Positions 36,770 through 50,219 of a stretch of DNA of 64,000 nt are shown here, piece after piece. The translations under genes were made by a program, and so were the position numbers. Position 1 is the first letter of the stretch. Every line of letters starts with the position of its first letter. The notes beneath the pieces are model-generated. The model was not told where the DNA came from. It did no database searches and saw only the letters and a program-made list of their open reading frames with translations. This DNA is from Kondoa subrosea (taxonomy: Eukaryota): the NCBI GenBank assembly GCA_039545335.1, contig BCIN01000002.1, positions 2,262,678 to 2,326,677 of the forward strand, read 5' to 3'.

Positions 36770-37287
36770 TCATTTCTGCCCTCTCGCCACCTTTATACAC
36801 TGCTCTTCCAGTCCCTCTACCTTGATTACCTCTATTCCAGCATTCAACAACTTCTGTGTCCCCTCGCACACCACAAAATCGCCAGGCTCAAAAACTCCAA
36901 CATATACTCTCTTGAATTCCGCTTCGATGATCCTATCCGCGCAAGGTCTACTTCCACTCTTTCGCACTGAACAAGGTTCCATAGTGGTGTATATGCTGCT
37001 TCCCTTCAACAAAGAAGCTTGCGATTTCAAGATAGCTGCATGTTCAGCATGGATTTCTCCTTCATCGCCCATTGAAATTTCTCTGGAATAGCCAGTAGAT
37101 AGGACGTCGTTTGTTGCTGAGAGGATTAGAGCACCGACACAGAATGCAGTCGGCACATAGTGAGATTTGCGAGCTTCGTCGAGAGCCAGTCGCATGTATT
37201 TCAGATGGACTGGATCTGTGAGCGATCAGATCAGTATATATGTAGTATCGGTCCTCTACGCTTACCGCTGCTCTTCTGAACCTGCAT
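36770..37287 (-). CDS. Stand-alone zinc deaminase, Rib2 DRAP-deaminase-like, copy 1
   Basis: MQVQKSS/DPVHLKYMRLAL..TAFCVGA..TGYSRE..HAE..YTTMEPCSVRKSGSRPC..VGVFEPGDFV; HxE and PCx9C zinc motif; closely follows the yeast Rib2 C-terminal domain. Confidence 0.9.
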
Positions 37288-37520
37288 TGCCGCACCCGTC
37301 TGTTCAGTTGCTGATATTTTCAGGCACTTGATCTTGATCGGCCAAGACTCGGACTCGCTATAGAGTTATCACGTAATAGTATACTACTCAGCGCCCTGAG
37401 GCCTTGGCTAGGTCGTAGGAGATCAAGGTTTGTGGGATAGATGGACAGCAGAATAGCCCAAAGATACTCGATAATTCACCAATCTATGGTTGTCTCAAAC
37501 TACCTCTCATCAGTCTTGTG

Positions 37521-38942
37521 ATGGACAGAATACCTCCAGAGCTCTTGATACCAATCATCAAATATGTGCATTCATTGCGCACGCGTGACCCTAGCCCAGA
37601 TATAATCAATCTCTTGCGCGTGAACAAACGAATTTCAGCTGTGGCCCATTCTTTCCTCTTCTACTCCCTTTCTGCTTGTCATTTAGAAAAACCACAAGTA
37701 CAAGAGGCTCTGGCGTACCGTGAAACTGCAAGGGCTGTCGCTGAAGTAGAAATTCGACTGCATCTGAACAATCCCACGTACCGACAGCAATTAATCAAGT
37801 TCCTGCATACGCTGCTGTACTGCACTTGCGTCAAGCGAATGAAGCTCTACCTGGACGGAAATGTGCCTCGGAACAGGCATATGCCGGAGGTCCTGGCCTG
37901 GATAAGCGATGATCTCCCTCAACTGTTGTCCAAGCTGTCTTTTCTCAACAGTCTCAGTACGGTTAAAATAGACACCGTAGGATGTGTCTTTGATCACAAG
38001 GATGACATTGAACTCTTCGCTCACAAATGGATACTGCAATGCACTAATGTGCAGCGTCTGCTGCTGACGTCTGATCCGTACGGCTTTAATTGGGATAACT
38101 GGAGCTTCAGTTTTAGTGGGATTCAGAGGGCTTCTGTTATTGATTCTTCGAACAAGCTTCTCGGGCCCAGTCTGACTTTCGCGAAGGGGTTGGCGGATCT
38201 ACTAGGCTTAGGTATATATACAACTGTCATGATCAATGCTCGAAGCTTATACTCGTCTAGATCTCTTAAGCTTCGACCTTTCTTTGCGTGGCGACGATAT
38301 ACCTGATTACGCTGAATTCCATCGTAATACGCTCGCCTTGAATAACTTCTTGGCTACAGTGCGCCTTCTGCGCCTCATAGCGGCCTCCAACGAATATTCG
38401 GAATTCCTCGAACAAGCAACTTCTCTTTTCCCTTCTGTGCGAAAAGTTTTCTCCTATTGTATTCAGGCCCACCGATCATATTCGACGACTTCACCACTAC
38501 AATAGGTGCTATTGCGAAGCTACCTCTCCTCGACACAATTGAATTCGACATGAATCTAGCTATATCGGCAACAGAGCACACATTTCACTCTTTTGCGCTC
38601 ATTCAAGGTCTTCGATTATTCACTGATGAAATTTCTTTCCTCAGCCTGCATACCTTGCGACTTCTCTTTGACGCGAAACAAACTACAACCCATGCATCAT
38701 CAATTCGACAACTTTACCCTTCTTTATCTATGATCGCAGCCACTCGACCTAATCTGACGATTGAATTGCATGTCTTGGATCGGAAGGAGGCAAGAGAGAT
38801 ACAAAAATTGGGAGACAAGGACTTCAAGTGTGCTGTCTTGAGAGGGGAAGAGGCCAAGTATGTCAAGAGCTCGGTTGAGGGAAGGGTGGTGGATGTCATT
38901 CGGTTGCTCGCTGGTGGAGATAGGCGTGAAACAGAGACTTGA
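37521..38942 (+). pseudogene. F-box-like / RNI-like paralog B, with a frameshift near 38450
   Basis: MDRIPPELLIPII..LLRVNKRI; one intron ending at 38260; frame change after LFPSVRKV with no frame-restoring intron; ~25 nt shorter here than relic C. Confidence 0.6.
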
Positions 38943-39211
38943 ATGGCACGTGAATGAATCATTCAGGAAGAGGATTATCGAGTGATGCTGTAGAAGCGGT
39001 AATTAAGGAGCAGGGGTTATCAGCAAACCGCGGTCAAATGGATGACACAGCCCTAGCTCCTATAAGATGTCGTGTACTTGATTCACTGCAAGCTTCGAAC
39101 CTCCATTGCTGCTGCTGCATGGTTCTAATATCTGGGCATTCTACAGACCAATCTCGGGCGAAAACAGTTTACAATTTATTCAGCACTTTCTCAACGTTTC
39201 TACCCCTAGCG

Positions 39212-39416
39212 ATGGCAGCACAAGGCACTTTTTGCAAAGGATAGAACGTGTGTGCTTTACAATGTGATAGTGAAAAGGAACGGATGCTGATGAAGTTTTC
39301 CGTTCATCCCAGTATCGCTCAGGCAGGAATTGGAAGCGGAAGCTGAAAAAGTGCAACAGCAAGCTGCGGAATCACCTGTGGAAACTAAGAAAAAGAAAAA
39401 GAAGCGCCTGTCATAG
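39212..39416 (+). CDS. Possible ~36-aa Lys-rich microprotein
   Basis: ATG GCA GCA CAA G | weak GC donor .. gctgat .. cccag | giving ..VSLRQELEAEAEKVQQQAAESPVETKKKKKKRLS*. Confidence 0.25.
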
Positions 39417-39792
39417 CTTGAAGCTGCCTAGACTTGGATTGACGATTCAACTAGAGGTACACTCCCTCCCTTTGGGCCTATTTGCATTGCAATGCTGATC
39501 TATATTACAGACTACCGTGTACATAGAGCATCCTCATCGCATTGCAATACCATCATCTTGTGGACACATTAGCCTCTACTTGACGAGTCCGCACTGGACT
39601 TCCCGGCAAGACTGCCAACAGCTGCGCAGCAGACGCGACTTGGGCATACCGGGAGCTGTCGGCTGCGAGAGGAAGTGAAGGGAAGGGTCATTAGCATTGT
39701 TCGGACAGCAGGCTTATCACTTGACGACGAACAAAGCTATATCCTAGAATTTGTGATATCCACTACTTGATAGCTTCGAGTCATGCTATATT

Positions 39793-42469
39793 ATGCCTTG
39801 TTCGCTATTTGCTTATCGAGCGTCATGTAATCGCGATATTGAGATTTGTGCATTGGATTGAAACAGACCGTGATTCAGATGGAGGTATTGAATTGCAAGA
39901 GAAGCGACATGAAGAAGTGGAAGAAGAGGAGGAAGACCTGACTGTGTATGGTGGTCAAGACTTGCATGGAGGAGAGAAGTCGGGGAAAGCAGCCCACATT
40001 GACTTCAAGAACTTGCGCAATGCACCATTCAAACAGGCGAGACATGGCTTCTTAGCTGCTCTGGTCTGCGGTTTGATACTTGGAGGCTATCTGTGAATTG
40101 ATTCAATGGATCTGGAATGCACTTGTGCTGATACCTGTTGCAGAATATCGTACTTCTTTGTTGGCCTGACTCGCTATGGACATACTCTCCAGGTCAATGG
40201 TGAGCAGATAGGCTCACTAGTTCAGGATAATGCGACTCAACCCATATACAGTGATCCTAATGATCTCTGATGGCTTTGGTACATCAACCGTTTAAGCATT
40301 ACGCGCTTTCACTCAGACTTCATGCAGGGCCAGCAAGTGAAACGTTCGCTCGTGAATACGTTCAATGGTTGCATGAATCAAATCATCCAGACGCACAATC
40401 CGGCGGACGATGGGAATTCTCAGGCGGTTTCACAGGCAAAGATGGTCTAAATAAAGGAGGATTCGGGACTCTACCTTTAGACCGTCTGCTTGTGGGTAGT
40501 AGCCGGACGAGAAGCAGCAATAGTCTCATAACGGATTCGGCGGCTGGTGCTACTGCTTTCAGCTGTGGTATCAAAACTTATAATGGTCTGCTTTCTTGCT
40601 CTAGGTGGTCACAATAATGTGTCTGATCAAAGAATAACAGGTGCAATTGCTGTCGAACCTGTCAATCAAGATCCTTGCGGGACTGTGCTTGAAGCTGCGA
40701 AACATAAAGGCTACCTGACCGGATTGGTCGCAACCAGCGTGAGTACTCTTTCATTCAAATCGAACTGCTGCATCTAAGCTGTCACGTAGAGACTCACACA
40801 CGCTACACCTGCATCTTTCTACTCTCACGGTTCGTAACGGAATGATCGTATCAGTGTTACGCTGATATGTTGTTCTTGTAACGAACAGTCGTTGACCGGG
40901 ATCTGGAACCCCTCATCGCCTCACAGTTCCTTTCCTCCCATCCTTTAGCCGCACAAGTCGATTTAGCATTCGCTGGCGGTCGATGTTTCTTCTTACCTAA
41001 TTCAACCGAAGGGTCATGCAGACCTGATGATCTTGACGTATTCTCTGGAAGTGCTCCAAACGTCAAGATGATCACTAGTGCTGCTGATATGAACTCTTTG
41101 AAAGAAGACAAGAGTTCTTTAGGCACTGTTGGGCTATTCAATCTCGATGTGCGTTGATCGGCTGGCCTTTTTAGCTTCGTGCTGATGAACGCCTTTGATT
41201 GCGTACAGCATATGAACTATGAGATTGATCGAATACGGCATAATTCGACAATCGAAAGAGAGCCATCTTTGAAAGAAATGTCAGATCTTGTCTTTGATGC
41301 TTTTCGCCATTGGAACTGATTGAATGACGTTACAGGTCTATCAAAGCGCTCAATATACTACAGAAAGCTGCATCAGCTACTTCATCTTATGGTTTTTTCT
41401 TGATGATTGAAGGATCAAGGATAGATATGGGTCAGCAGATCACTTCGATATCAGATCTGCGCTGATTACGAGCTTGTTCTGAATGTATAGCTGGTCATTC
41501 GAATGATGTAAGGTGTCTTCCCCAATCTGTGAGCGAGACCTTATCATTGTCTCGCTCTACAGCCAGTAGCCCATTTGTACGATATACTGGCGTATCAAGA
41601 AACAGTGCGGGAAGTAAAGAAGTTCGTCGACAGTGAGTGCACGCTCCGGAACACTGCGATGAAACCAGTTTCCCATACGATATTTTCACAGCGCAAAACA
41701 AAGCTGGTTGGCCGACAATCATGATTTCTGTTTCGGATCATGAAACTGGTGGACTTTCGCTGGGAAGGCAACTGGATCAGACGATCTATCCTGAGTATGC
41801 TTGTTCAGGCTCTCTCAATTGTCCAGGCTGATTGCTGAGCAGATATCTATGGTATCCCGATGCTTTAGCTAATGCTACACATTCTACATATGCGCTGGCC
41901 AACGAAGTACACGCTGAAGCTCCTGTTTCTGAATCAGCGCTACGAGAAATGCTTTCCACCCGGATGGGTATAGCCAACGCAACGGAAAATGAGATCAGAT
42001 CATTACAAGCACATGACGATCATGTTGGAGAGTTAGATAAGATTCTAGCAGACATGGTAAGCTCTAGTATTCATAATCAGGAACAGAGCTTAATGAATAT
42101 AATACTTAGATCTCCAAACGAGCTCAAATTGGATGGTCAACTCATGGCCATTCAGGAATCGACGTCTCGCTCTTTGCTTATGGGCATCAGTCAGAGAATT
42201 TGAGAGGAAGTATAGAGAATACAGATGTGCGTTGAGCTCTGCAAATTGCCATGACCAATTCTGATCCGCGATGACAGATTGGGAAATTTATTGCGGATAC
42301 TATGGATTTGGATTTACAGGGAACGACAACTCTGTTGAGGCAAACAGCAAAAGCCTGGCACAACAAGACTGCCATCGCAACTAATCAAACTGTCGGAGTG
42401 CAGCACTTCCACGGTTTGGACGCCCTTTCCGGGCAAGCGGAACATTTGTATTTAGATGATCAACAGTAG
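39793..42469 (+). CDS. PHO8: Vacuolar-type alkaline phosphatase
   Basis: N-terminal TM anchor, VILMISDGFG, ITDSAAGATAFSCG, THATPA, FFLMIEGSRIDM, SDHETGGL, WSTHGHSGIDV. Confidence 0.95.
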
Positions 42470-42595
42470 ACTTGAGATGGTATATTCATTCCGTTCAGAC
42501 TATAGAAGAAGGCCTGCGTGTCTTGAGATTGCAACTTCAGCGCGTTACAAATCTTGCATGTTGATCTTGCTCAATGACTTGATCTGTTTCGCAAG

Positions 42596-44808
42596 ATGGA
42601 CTCAGCTTCTAGCTCGAGGTCTAACAGTCCAGATACCAGGCAGCATATACCGCTTGCACGCTCTAACTATATCTCGCAATTCCTTAGACGAGACACCGAG
42701 GCCGAAACACCTCTCTTTTATTCTACTTTGGAAGAGAAGCGACCTGTTTTGGATGCATCAGAGGACTCGACGCATGGACTTGGGCGAGAGGGACTGGCAG
42801 CTAGCCTGAACGATAAGGAGCAAGCGGTGCAAGGAGAAGACGAGTCACCCTTTCAAGTAACAACAGGCAACTCTGGCAATGCTAGCAATCGCAGGAAAGA
42901 TGCTACTCTGCTAGAAGATTCGCTCTATTCCAAATCTGAGAACAGTCCTCCGCCGCAACCGCAATTGCCAAAGAAGACTGGATGGCGAATACATCAACCT
43001 GCGGCATTGCAAGACTCACAACGAGCCTCTAGCAAAGCTTCCAATCAAGACTCTCATTTTGTTGGACAATCCGTTATGCTCTCTTCACCAGAAACATCGC
43101 CTGGTCCCTCTAATCCTGACGAAATGAGTCGGTCAGCTTCAGATGAACTCCTATCTGCCTTGTCGGGTCCTGGAAGATCTGATTCTCCTCCTCCTGACTT
43201 GCATCGCTTTGAGAAACCCTCAGAACACTATACCTCTAATGACTTCCCAAACCCGACCTTACTCGTTCAATCTATTCATCCTTCTGCACCAGGCCCAAAA
43301 CCTCAAGATTCCGGATGGTTGGCTATCTACCTGAGTTGTGTTACCATTTCAGGCGGAATAGCGATCTACGCTTACCTCTTTGCGAATCCGCCTTATCAAC
43401 TCAATTCACCTTCTTCCTCTCTGCCAGCGGATGATGCTGAAGTCGAAGAAGCAGCTTCGCTACTATCTACTCTGCCTTTACTCACTTCGCTAACGCTTCT
43501 GTCGATTATGGGAGCCGGATCAGCAATTGGGTATATGATGCTAGTCCAGCGAGGAGTGCGGAGGATGGTTCATGGTCTGTTGGTTGGCGGGCCAACTGGA
43601 TTAGTCATGCTTGCCTTTTGGGCTTGGGGTTTCAGCTGGCAAGAAGAAGCGGAACAAGGGAACGAAGCGAGGTGGTTTTGTTTGGGTGCGGCGCTGCTGG
43701 CAGCCATATGTGTCAGGATGACATGGAATAGAAAGGAGAAGATAGAGAAGACTGTTCTGGTTCTTGAGGTGCGGACGCGCATGATTTAAAATCGGATTGA
43801 ACTGATTTTGTTGGTGTGTCTCCGCACAGCTAGCTATATCTGCTCTAATCGCACATCCTGCTATATTCGCCCTACAATTAGCAGTTCTCCTTGGTCACCT
43901 AATACTGACTATTCCTTTCTTCAGCCTTTTCTCTCGTCTTCTTCTACTGCATCCGACAAATTCAACAGGTCATACACTTCTTCTCACTGTCCACATCCTT
44001 TTCACCTACTTATGGACTATAGCAATCTTTCGAGGACTTCTCAAGCTTACTATATCAAGAACGATTTCGCATTGGTTCTTTTCTCGTCATGAACCAGAAC
44101 CCGAATACACAACGTCAACAGCCTTAGTACTGGCCTCTTTCGAATCGGCTCGCGGACCACAATTGGGAACAGTTGCTTTCGCTTCTCTTCTCGTCACCTG
44201 TGCGGATCTACTCAAGTTTGTGCTCGTACGGCTGAAAAGATGGACAAGACCTGCGAATGGGCTGTTACCCGGATGGGCTGCCTGCCTTTATCTGACTGCA
44301 CCACTTATAGCTCTTCTGGCTTCGTTTGTGGAGAATATCAGTAGCTACGCATTGATTTATAGTGGTATTACCGGCGAAGGGTTTTGGTCATCTACAGGAA
44401 GGGTGACTGGACTAGTGAGGAGTAATGGAATGCTCAAAACAGCTGATTGTGAGTTTCGATCGCATGCACCAGGACCCGTGCTGACTCCTCGAGTCAGATC
44501 TTTTGGTCAAGCTTCTGCTATCCCTCTTAACACTTACTTTCTCCTTCCTTGCTGGCATTCTCGGCATTCTTTTCGCTCGATCTATGTCGACTACACTATC
44601 GACAGAAGCCCATCACTTGCACCATTTCTTCGCATCGATGCTATGCTTCTCGATACCTTATTACACCGTTCGCTTGTGTTCGGATCTGCTCGCCAATGCG
44701 GTAGACACGATTTTCATCTGTTTCAACCTTGATCTAAACAGTGGTCAGAACCACTCAAATTCGGCACGGAAGGCATTTCTTTCTGATGAAGAAGAATCAG
44801 TTGTGTAA
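42596..44808 (+). CDS. Choline transporter-like (CTL/SLC44, Pns1-related) membrane protein
   Basis: Disordered N-terminus then multiple TMs; LGTVAFASLLV, SSYALIYSGITGEGFWSS, AVDTIFICFNLD. Confidence 0.85.
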
Positions 44809-44993
44809 ACCTGTAACAATCATTTGTACCATTCAGTTGTAGTAGAGCTGGAGCTCAGACCCTTGTACGCTGTAATTGTAACATAGAAAGCATCTGTTCG
44901 TTGTTCAACAGGATCCCATGCAATGCATTAAGATAAAAAAGTACTGAACAAACAAATCCACAAAACCCCTTTTGGCCGTCCACCTTTCTTTCT

Positions 44994-47900
44994 TCATACG
45001 CTCGGCTTCCTGTCAATGACCAATCCACCTTTGGAAGGCAGAAGCTTATTCTTGATCCGATTGTCATATTTCGTGCTGGACAACTGCTCAGACAAGGTTG
45101 CATTCCAAGGAAAAATATAGCTTACAGCAGCTCTGACATCTGCGGTAAGGTGATCAGACGGAAATTGTGAAGGCGCATCATTAGTTGAACGAGTTGCGAT
45201 CGAGCTTGCCTCTTGCGAATTTCGTTGGCGTTGACGCTGATCAGCTTGTTGAGCACTTGATAGATGTGTGTTCCGTAATCAGGACTAGAGACGTATATTC
45301 AGACTCGTATCAGGAAAAGAAAGGAAGCATTAGGCTTACCCCCAAGCACGCGTTGTTAGGAACCAGATCTGCTGGATGTAGACAAGGCTGCGAAGCATAT
45401 TAGATCCTCTTCAGCTACTACAGGGTATGTCACGTACGCAGGAGGACCTTCAATGTGTTCCGCAAGTTGCTGGATCGAATTGTCATCAGCATGGGCCCGA
45501 AGCTAGAATTTTTGGAGGCACGCACATGTTGTTGCCGCCTACTTTCCCAGCTATAGCTCTCCCCATCTTCTTCCGAGTCATACACAGTTTCGCCAGGAAG
45601 TAAGGGCGAGAAATCCTGCACTGACAATCAGTAACCGCGAAGATGCATTCTGTACTACTCACGGCTGTTCGCAATAGAGGCAGCCCTTTGCTTCTCTTGT
45701 CTGGGTAGGGCACATGATGCTTGTTGCCGTGACCTTTTCTAGCTTGTACCCGATACTTGAGACCAGTCTTATGAGCCCAACTTGGTAAAGAAGGATCAGC
45801 ATCTTCTTGAGCGATACTGAGTTTAGCCATTTTTTCGAGCCAAGTAGGTGGAGGTGCAGGTTTCGGTGTAGGTTGTCTTACTTTAATATCGGGCGTAGGT
45901 TCTTTGATGTACTCTTTCTTGCCTCTTCTTTCGATAATGGTTGTTGTGATCGAAGGTGGTGGAACATATTCTTGTTTTTTAGGCTTCTTTATGACTGGCA
46001 ATCGAGGCGGGACGTGTCCTTCGAACGGATCTGGTTTGATTAAAGTCGCACAGCGGTGATGGAATGCGCGAATTTCAGCCAGAATTAGCGGATCGGTCGT
46101 TGTGCCTCCATTTTCCTACAAACAAGCATGAGAACTTGAAGCGCAATGTGATCACAATATGCTCACTAATTTGTGAAAGGTAAACTGGCAGCCCTCGTGC
46201 TTGAGTCTAAGATGAGCCATCAGTGCACCAGGCGAGATGTAGTTGGTTGCGTCACGACACCAGCAGCACTTGAGCCCATCGAAGCGGAAAGGAGTGAGCT
46301 GGATGTTGTGACCGCATTTTCCAAAAACGTAATGCAAGGTATACCGAGCTGGAACGGATCGAGGCGTGTCGATGTCTGGAGGCGATCGTAGAAGATTGAA
46401 TGAGCTTGAGATTCCGAGCTCACTGAGAGTGAGGTGGAGGGAGTCAAACTTGCCTAGCCAAGTTTGTTTCTCTTTCGGTATTAGGTTCCGTGCTAGGAAT
46501 GGCAGTCGAATTGGGTCATGCAGCGGTGTCGATACTTGTTTGCCCTTAAATGATGAAGAGGTCGAAAGCGAGGAAGCTTCTGGCATTCTGAGGTGAGTCG
46601 GGAAATGTGTTGTTACTTGATCGCTTGGATCTTTCGGTCGCGGAACGATGCGCACAGTCTTTCGCACGTAGTATGCTTCTGTCGAAGTAGTAATTGTCGG
46701 TGATGGCGTGATGACTTTCGTGCTTGTTGTGGAAGGCTGTTTGGGTGTAGGAGGATGAAGTAAAATAGCTAGGGTGGGTTCTGTTACTGTCGATGGAGGG
46801 TCTTGCATGTCGACATCCTTGGCGAAAGGTCTATCAATAGTAAGGGGAGAAAGTAATTCATCTGGGACAAGTGTAAGTTCTTCTTCTGGGATAGGCGATG
46901 GATCGGGACTGAAGATGCGCAAATCGTTATCGATCGTTGCTGGATCTGCTGGAACTGGATGCTTTCGAGGCTGAGCTGAATCGAAACTTTCGACATCCAT
47001 CACTAGGCTCTCTTCAGTTTGATGCGTGTTGAGATCTGCAGGGCTTCCTGCTGATGAGGTGACCGAACTTCCTTGCAATTCAACAGGCGCAGGAGTTACC
47101 GATGACGGGAGTCGTTCACTTTCATCGGCTTGAGGCGGTTGCAAAGCGATTCTCTTGTCACGATGAGCATCTTGAACAGGTATCTCATCATCTTCTGAGT
47201 CGCTGATCACGGTCGGGTTCGCTTTAGCTTCCTCCAGCTTCCTCTTTCTATCAGCAGCGATCTTGTCTCGAAGCTGTTGAACTATCAAAGCTGCTCTTTC
47301 CAATTTATGCGGAGAGGGTCCTCGAGCGTTCATTGCTTCTGAATCCAGTAATGGAGGAGGTGGACCAGGAGATTCCGATCGTGCAATCGGAGGCCGTTTC
47401 TCTTTCTTTTCCTCAGTCGGCTCGATATCGCTTGGCGGTGTTGCAGTAGGTGTGTTGACTGGACTATCGTCTAAGCCAGTCAGGTCGAAGTTCTTGTCTG
47501 ATCCAGTTGAGGAAGTAGAACCTTTGCTGCCAGAAGAATTTCTCGCCAAAGCTGGTTTACTTTGAACTTGGGTTACCCGAGAATTTGAGACGACTGTTTT
47601 GCGAGCCACATTTGCAGGTACCATGCGAGATGTTACTTTCTTTTCAGGAGCAGAAGAAGGAGAGCCCTTGACAGAAGGACTGCTGGAAGAGATAGATTGA
47701 GGTGCAATTGATTTAGAAGGTCCAGCGAGCGAAAGCGGCGGCGGAAGTTCATCGTCTTCTTCTTCATCTTCATCATCGCTGATTGTCTTTCTTGTGGCGA
47801 CTGCTTTGCCTTTGTCAGTACCAGATTTCTTGGGAGGTGAAATAATTTCAAGATCGCTGTCGCTCGCAGATGATGCTTCGGCTGGTCTAGCTCGCTTCGG

Positions 47901-48089
47901 TGACTGTCGATCATATTGATCTGATCCAGGTGTAATGCTACGACTCTTGCGCTTCTTTCCCTTCGCTACCGCTGGCTGGCTTCGCTGAAGTTGCACGGGT
48001 GGTTTAGCTTGACTTTGGCTTTGGCCAGTGAATTCTATTTGATCATCTTCGTCGCTTGATGAACCAATCACGGTAGTAGCGTGAATCAT
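44994..48089 (-). CDS. SUZ12-like Polycomb protein (C2H2 ZnF + VEFS-like box) with a long disordered N-terminus
   Basis: LKCCWC..LMAHLRLKHEGCQFTF; PLLPGETVYDSEED..W; QQIWF; LVQLMMRLHNFRLITL. Start Met uncertain (ORF open to 48398). Confidence 0.7.
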
Positions 48090-48488
48090 TGCAGCAGCCC
48101 GAGCAATCTCAGTGTATGCGGTTTGCACTTCTAGACTCTTGCGAGCAGTCTCAAACAGCTTGACTGATGAATTTGACAGTCCTTTCTTGATCTTATGTGC
48201 TGTTGTGTTGTTGAGCGACCCTGCACATCGCGACATAGACCCGCTGACAACCTCTTGAACAAGTTGAAATGTAGATTCTTGAAGTTCGGCTGTTGAGAGT
48301 TTGCAGACCACTAGGCGACACCAATCCTTCCGCTCCTGTCCAAGCTTCGAGTCTTGGGCTCCTGCTATTCCAAATCCGCCATTCGCTCGCAACAACAAGA
48401 CACCTTCTATTTGCTCAACGGTCGCGTCTGTCTAACAAAGGCATGATGAAAATCTTAAGATCCACATCGTACAGTACATAGTTTCATC

Positions 48489-49720
48489 TTATGCTACACT
48501 CATCGTTACATCATTCCCTGCTGGCAATGGCCAATCGAGCGGTCGACTGAACAACCCATTCACACCACTTCTCAAAGCTCTGTCCCAAATCTCTTCAACT
48601 CGATATCCAGCAGCAATGTTGGCCAACCTGAAATCTTCTTCTTGTTGACTAAATTGTGTCCAGGGATCGAGCGAATAACCATCTTCATCCGGTAAATCAT
48701 ACGTCCCAGATCCATCATAATAGCTCTTAAGGTCACTAAGCGGATCATCCATGACCAAAACTTTCTCTCCATTCTCATCTTGATCTGTCGGTAAAAGTGC
48801 AGAGGGTCCCATCAATCTAGCCCATTCTTCAGGTATTTCCTGCATTTCTTTCCTTTTCCTCTCTGCTTCTTTTTTAGATTTCTTCAATAACAGATCAGCT
48901 TCTTTTTCATCCCCAGCTTGTTCCAATTGTACCATGAAATCTTTGTCTTGTTCTGCTCGAGCTAAAGCTTCCTTCGCTTCTAGTTCAGCTATCAATTTGT
49001 GTTTGGCTGCTCTTTCTGCGTGTTCCCTAGCTTCGGCTGATCGTTGAGCTGAGGATTCTGTAGAGTCTAATCGAGCATTCTGGGCAATCAAAGCAGCATT
49101 GGCCTGTTGATAAGCTTTGATTCGAGCTTCAGTTGCTTGAACATCGACAGAATTGATGAGATTGAAAGCTGTAAGCAAGCAAAGTTATTAAGTTGCAAGA
49201 CAACCGTGAAGACCTGCCAACTCACTGATGTCTTCTACTTCTTCTAGATAATTGTTGTAGGCCTTCAGATCTGAGAAATCGTGTTGTCGCTTGTTGAAGC
49301 TATTCCTCACATGAGATGGCGCAGGGACCGTTGTAAAAGCACAACTGACCACTTTGCAATCCGCTTCCGTATCGAAACCTCTTTCTCTACTTTCAGATCC
49401 TCGTACGTTTGAGCCATAAACCCAGTCTTTCTCAATTCTACGCCACATATCGGACAGGGTTCAGGTCCAAGAGTGAAGATCCGGTCAATGCATCCTTCAC
49501 ATAACCGATGAAAGCATTTAGTAGAGACTAACAACCTCAGTTTCGGATTCAAGTAGCGGTCTGATTTACAGATTGGACACTTGTCTTCTGGTGCTGCGTA
49601 TTCTGTTACTCGACCATCTGGAGCAACTGCTTGAGCTGGTACAGGTTTAGACTTGAAACTGGATTTCGATAAGCTGGACTTGGATAGAGTAGATTTCCCC
49701 TTCAGACCACGTCCTGCCAT
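48489..49720 (-). CDS. TFB3: CDK-activating kinase assembly factor MAT1/Tfb3
   Basis: RING CPICKSDRYLNP..CFHRLCEGCIDRIF..CPIC; YEDLKVEKEVSIRKR; FNKRQHDF..YNNYLEEVED. Confidence 0.96.
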
Positions 49721-50219
49721 GCTTCCAAAGGTAGTACAGAGAGGATATAGGCAACTGGCTGAGGTATATGGGCCGTCGAACTGCCGTCGACAACGTCGTG
49801 AGGAGAAGAGCCGTCTCTTGTCCTAAACTTCGAAGTCTTGCTCAAACTAACACTAAGCTCTCATTTAGCTCTCCTTGGTCAGACGGTGCATCAGAAGGCA
49901 CGCAGAACTGCTGCGTCACGTCTCAAGCAGAAGCTGTTTCAGAACCTATAGAGCCAAATCTGATTACTAAGCACACTTATCATCGACTCTATGTACAAGA
50001 CGCTTCTCAGCATGGGAGTGCATTGGCCTCGCTTCGTTTGCTTTTCTTGTCTGCTCTCAATGTCTTTTGATGCGCTTGCGAAGTCGTCATCTGAAATCTT
50101 GCTGTGCTTTTGTTTCGTGCTATGTGACAACGCCTCTGTCCTTCTGTCCTTCTTTTGCCTGACAGTCAACTTACCTTTCTTGCTCCTCTGTGGTACTCCG
50201 CTCCAGTCCCATTCCTGAC

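Noticed and set aside
39595..39712. Two adjacent short stems (TCCCGG/CCGGGA, GCTGTC/GACAGC) upstream of PHO8
   Set aside because: 6-bp stems are expected by chance; no H/ACA or other RNA motifs evident.
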